The notes beneath the pieces are model-generated. The model worked only from the letters and a program-made list of their open reading frames with translations, had not been told where the DNA came from and ran no database searches. This document shows positions 63,623 through 64,000 of a DNA stretch of 64,000 nucleotides, piece after piece (position 1 is the first letter of the stretch; every line of letters begins with the position of its first letter). Both the position numbers and the translations under genes were made by a program. This stretch comes from Eledone cirrhosa. Lineage: Eukaryota. Where the stretch lies: assembly GCA_964016885.1 (NCBI GenBank), contig OZ024743.1, forward strand, positions 170,438,001-170,502,000, written 5' to 3'.

Positions 63623-64000
63623 TGCATGTGCATGTGTCAGTGATGAAGGTTCATGACGTAGTGGTTAGGGTTCGACTCATGATCATGATATTGTGAGTTC
63701 AATTCTTGGCTGTGCATTTTATCCTTGAGCAAGACACTCCACTTCATATTGCACCTGTCTGCTCATCTAGCAAAAATGAATTGTACCTGCAATTGAAATG
63801 GCCAGTCTTGTCTCAAACTGTGTCATAATTTAGTAGGTTCTTCAAAATTCATCATTAATTAATTGAAATAGAGTAGGGGTCTCAAATACATGACCTGAAA
63901 ACTATTTTTCAGAACAATTTCTATGTGTAGTGAAGGAAAATTTGAAATGGAAAATGTGTGCCTCTACATTTTGTACCAAGTCACATATCCCACTTACTAT

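Overview
AT-rich, microsatellite-dense eukaryotic DNA. It is probably a cephalopod such as Octopus, inferred only from the SINE/LINE repertoire. It looks like a large intron or intergenic region made almost entirely of nested, decayed transposons: several RTE LINE families, a Tx1/L1, a CR1/L2-group fragment, three tandem R4/Dong elements in an (ATT)n tract, Helitrons, tRNA-derived SINEs, MITEs and Penelope-like elements (PLEs). No intact host gene was found; one candidate coding exon lies at 29750-29914 (-). The main signal is a dense set of type I hammerhead ribozyme (HHR) motifs, about a dozen from several unrelated PLE terminal-repeat families. Many sit in short head-to-head hairpins embedded in (TA)n, and several have non-canonical cores (two independent U3:A8 compensatory variants, a recurrent U4A variant, A9G-like variants). 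A second notable feature is an RTE lineage with a PHD finger inserted inside its reverse transcriptase. All calls were made by eye, and boundaries are approximate unless termini are quoted.
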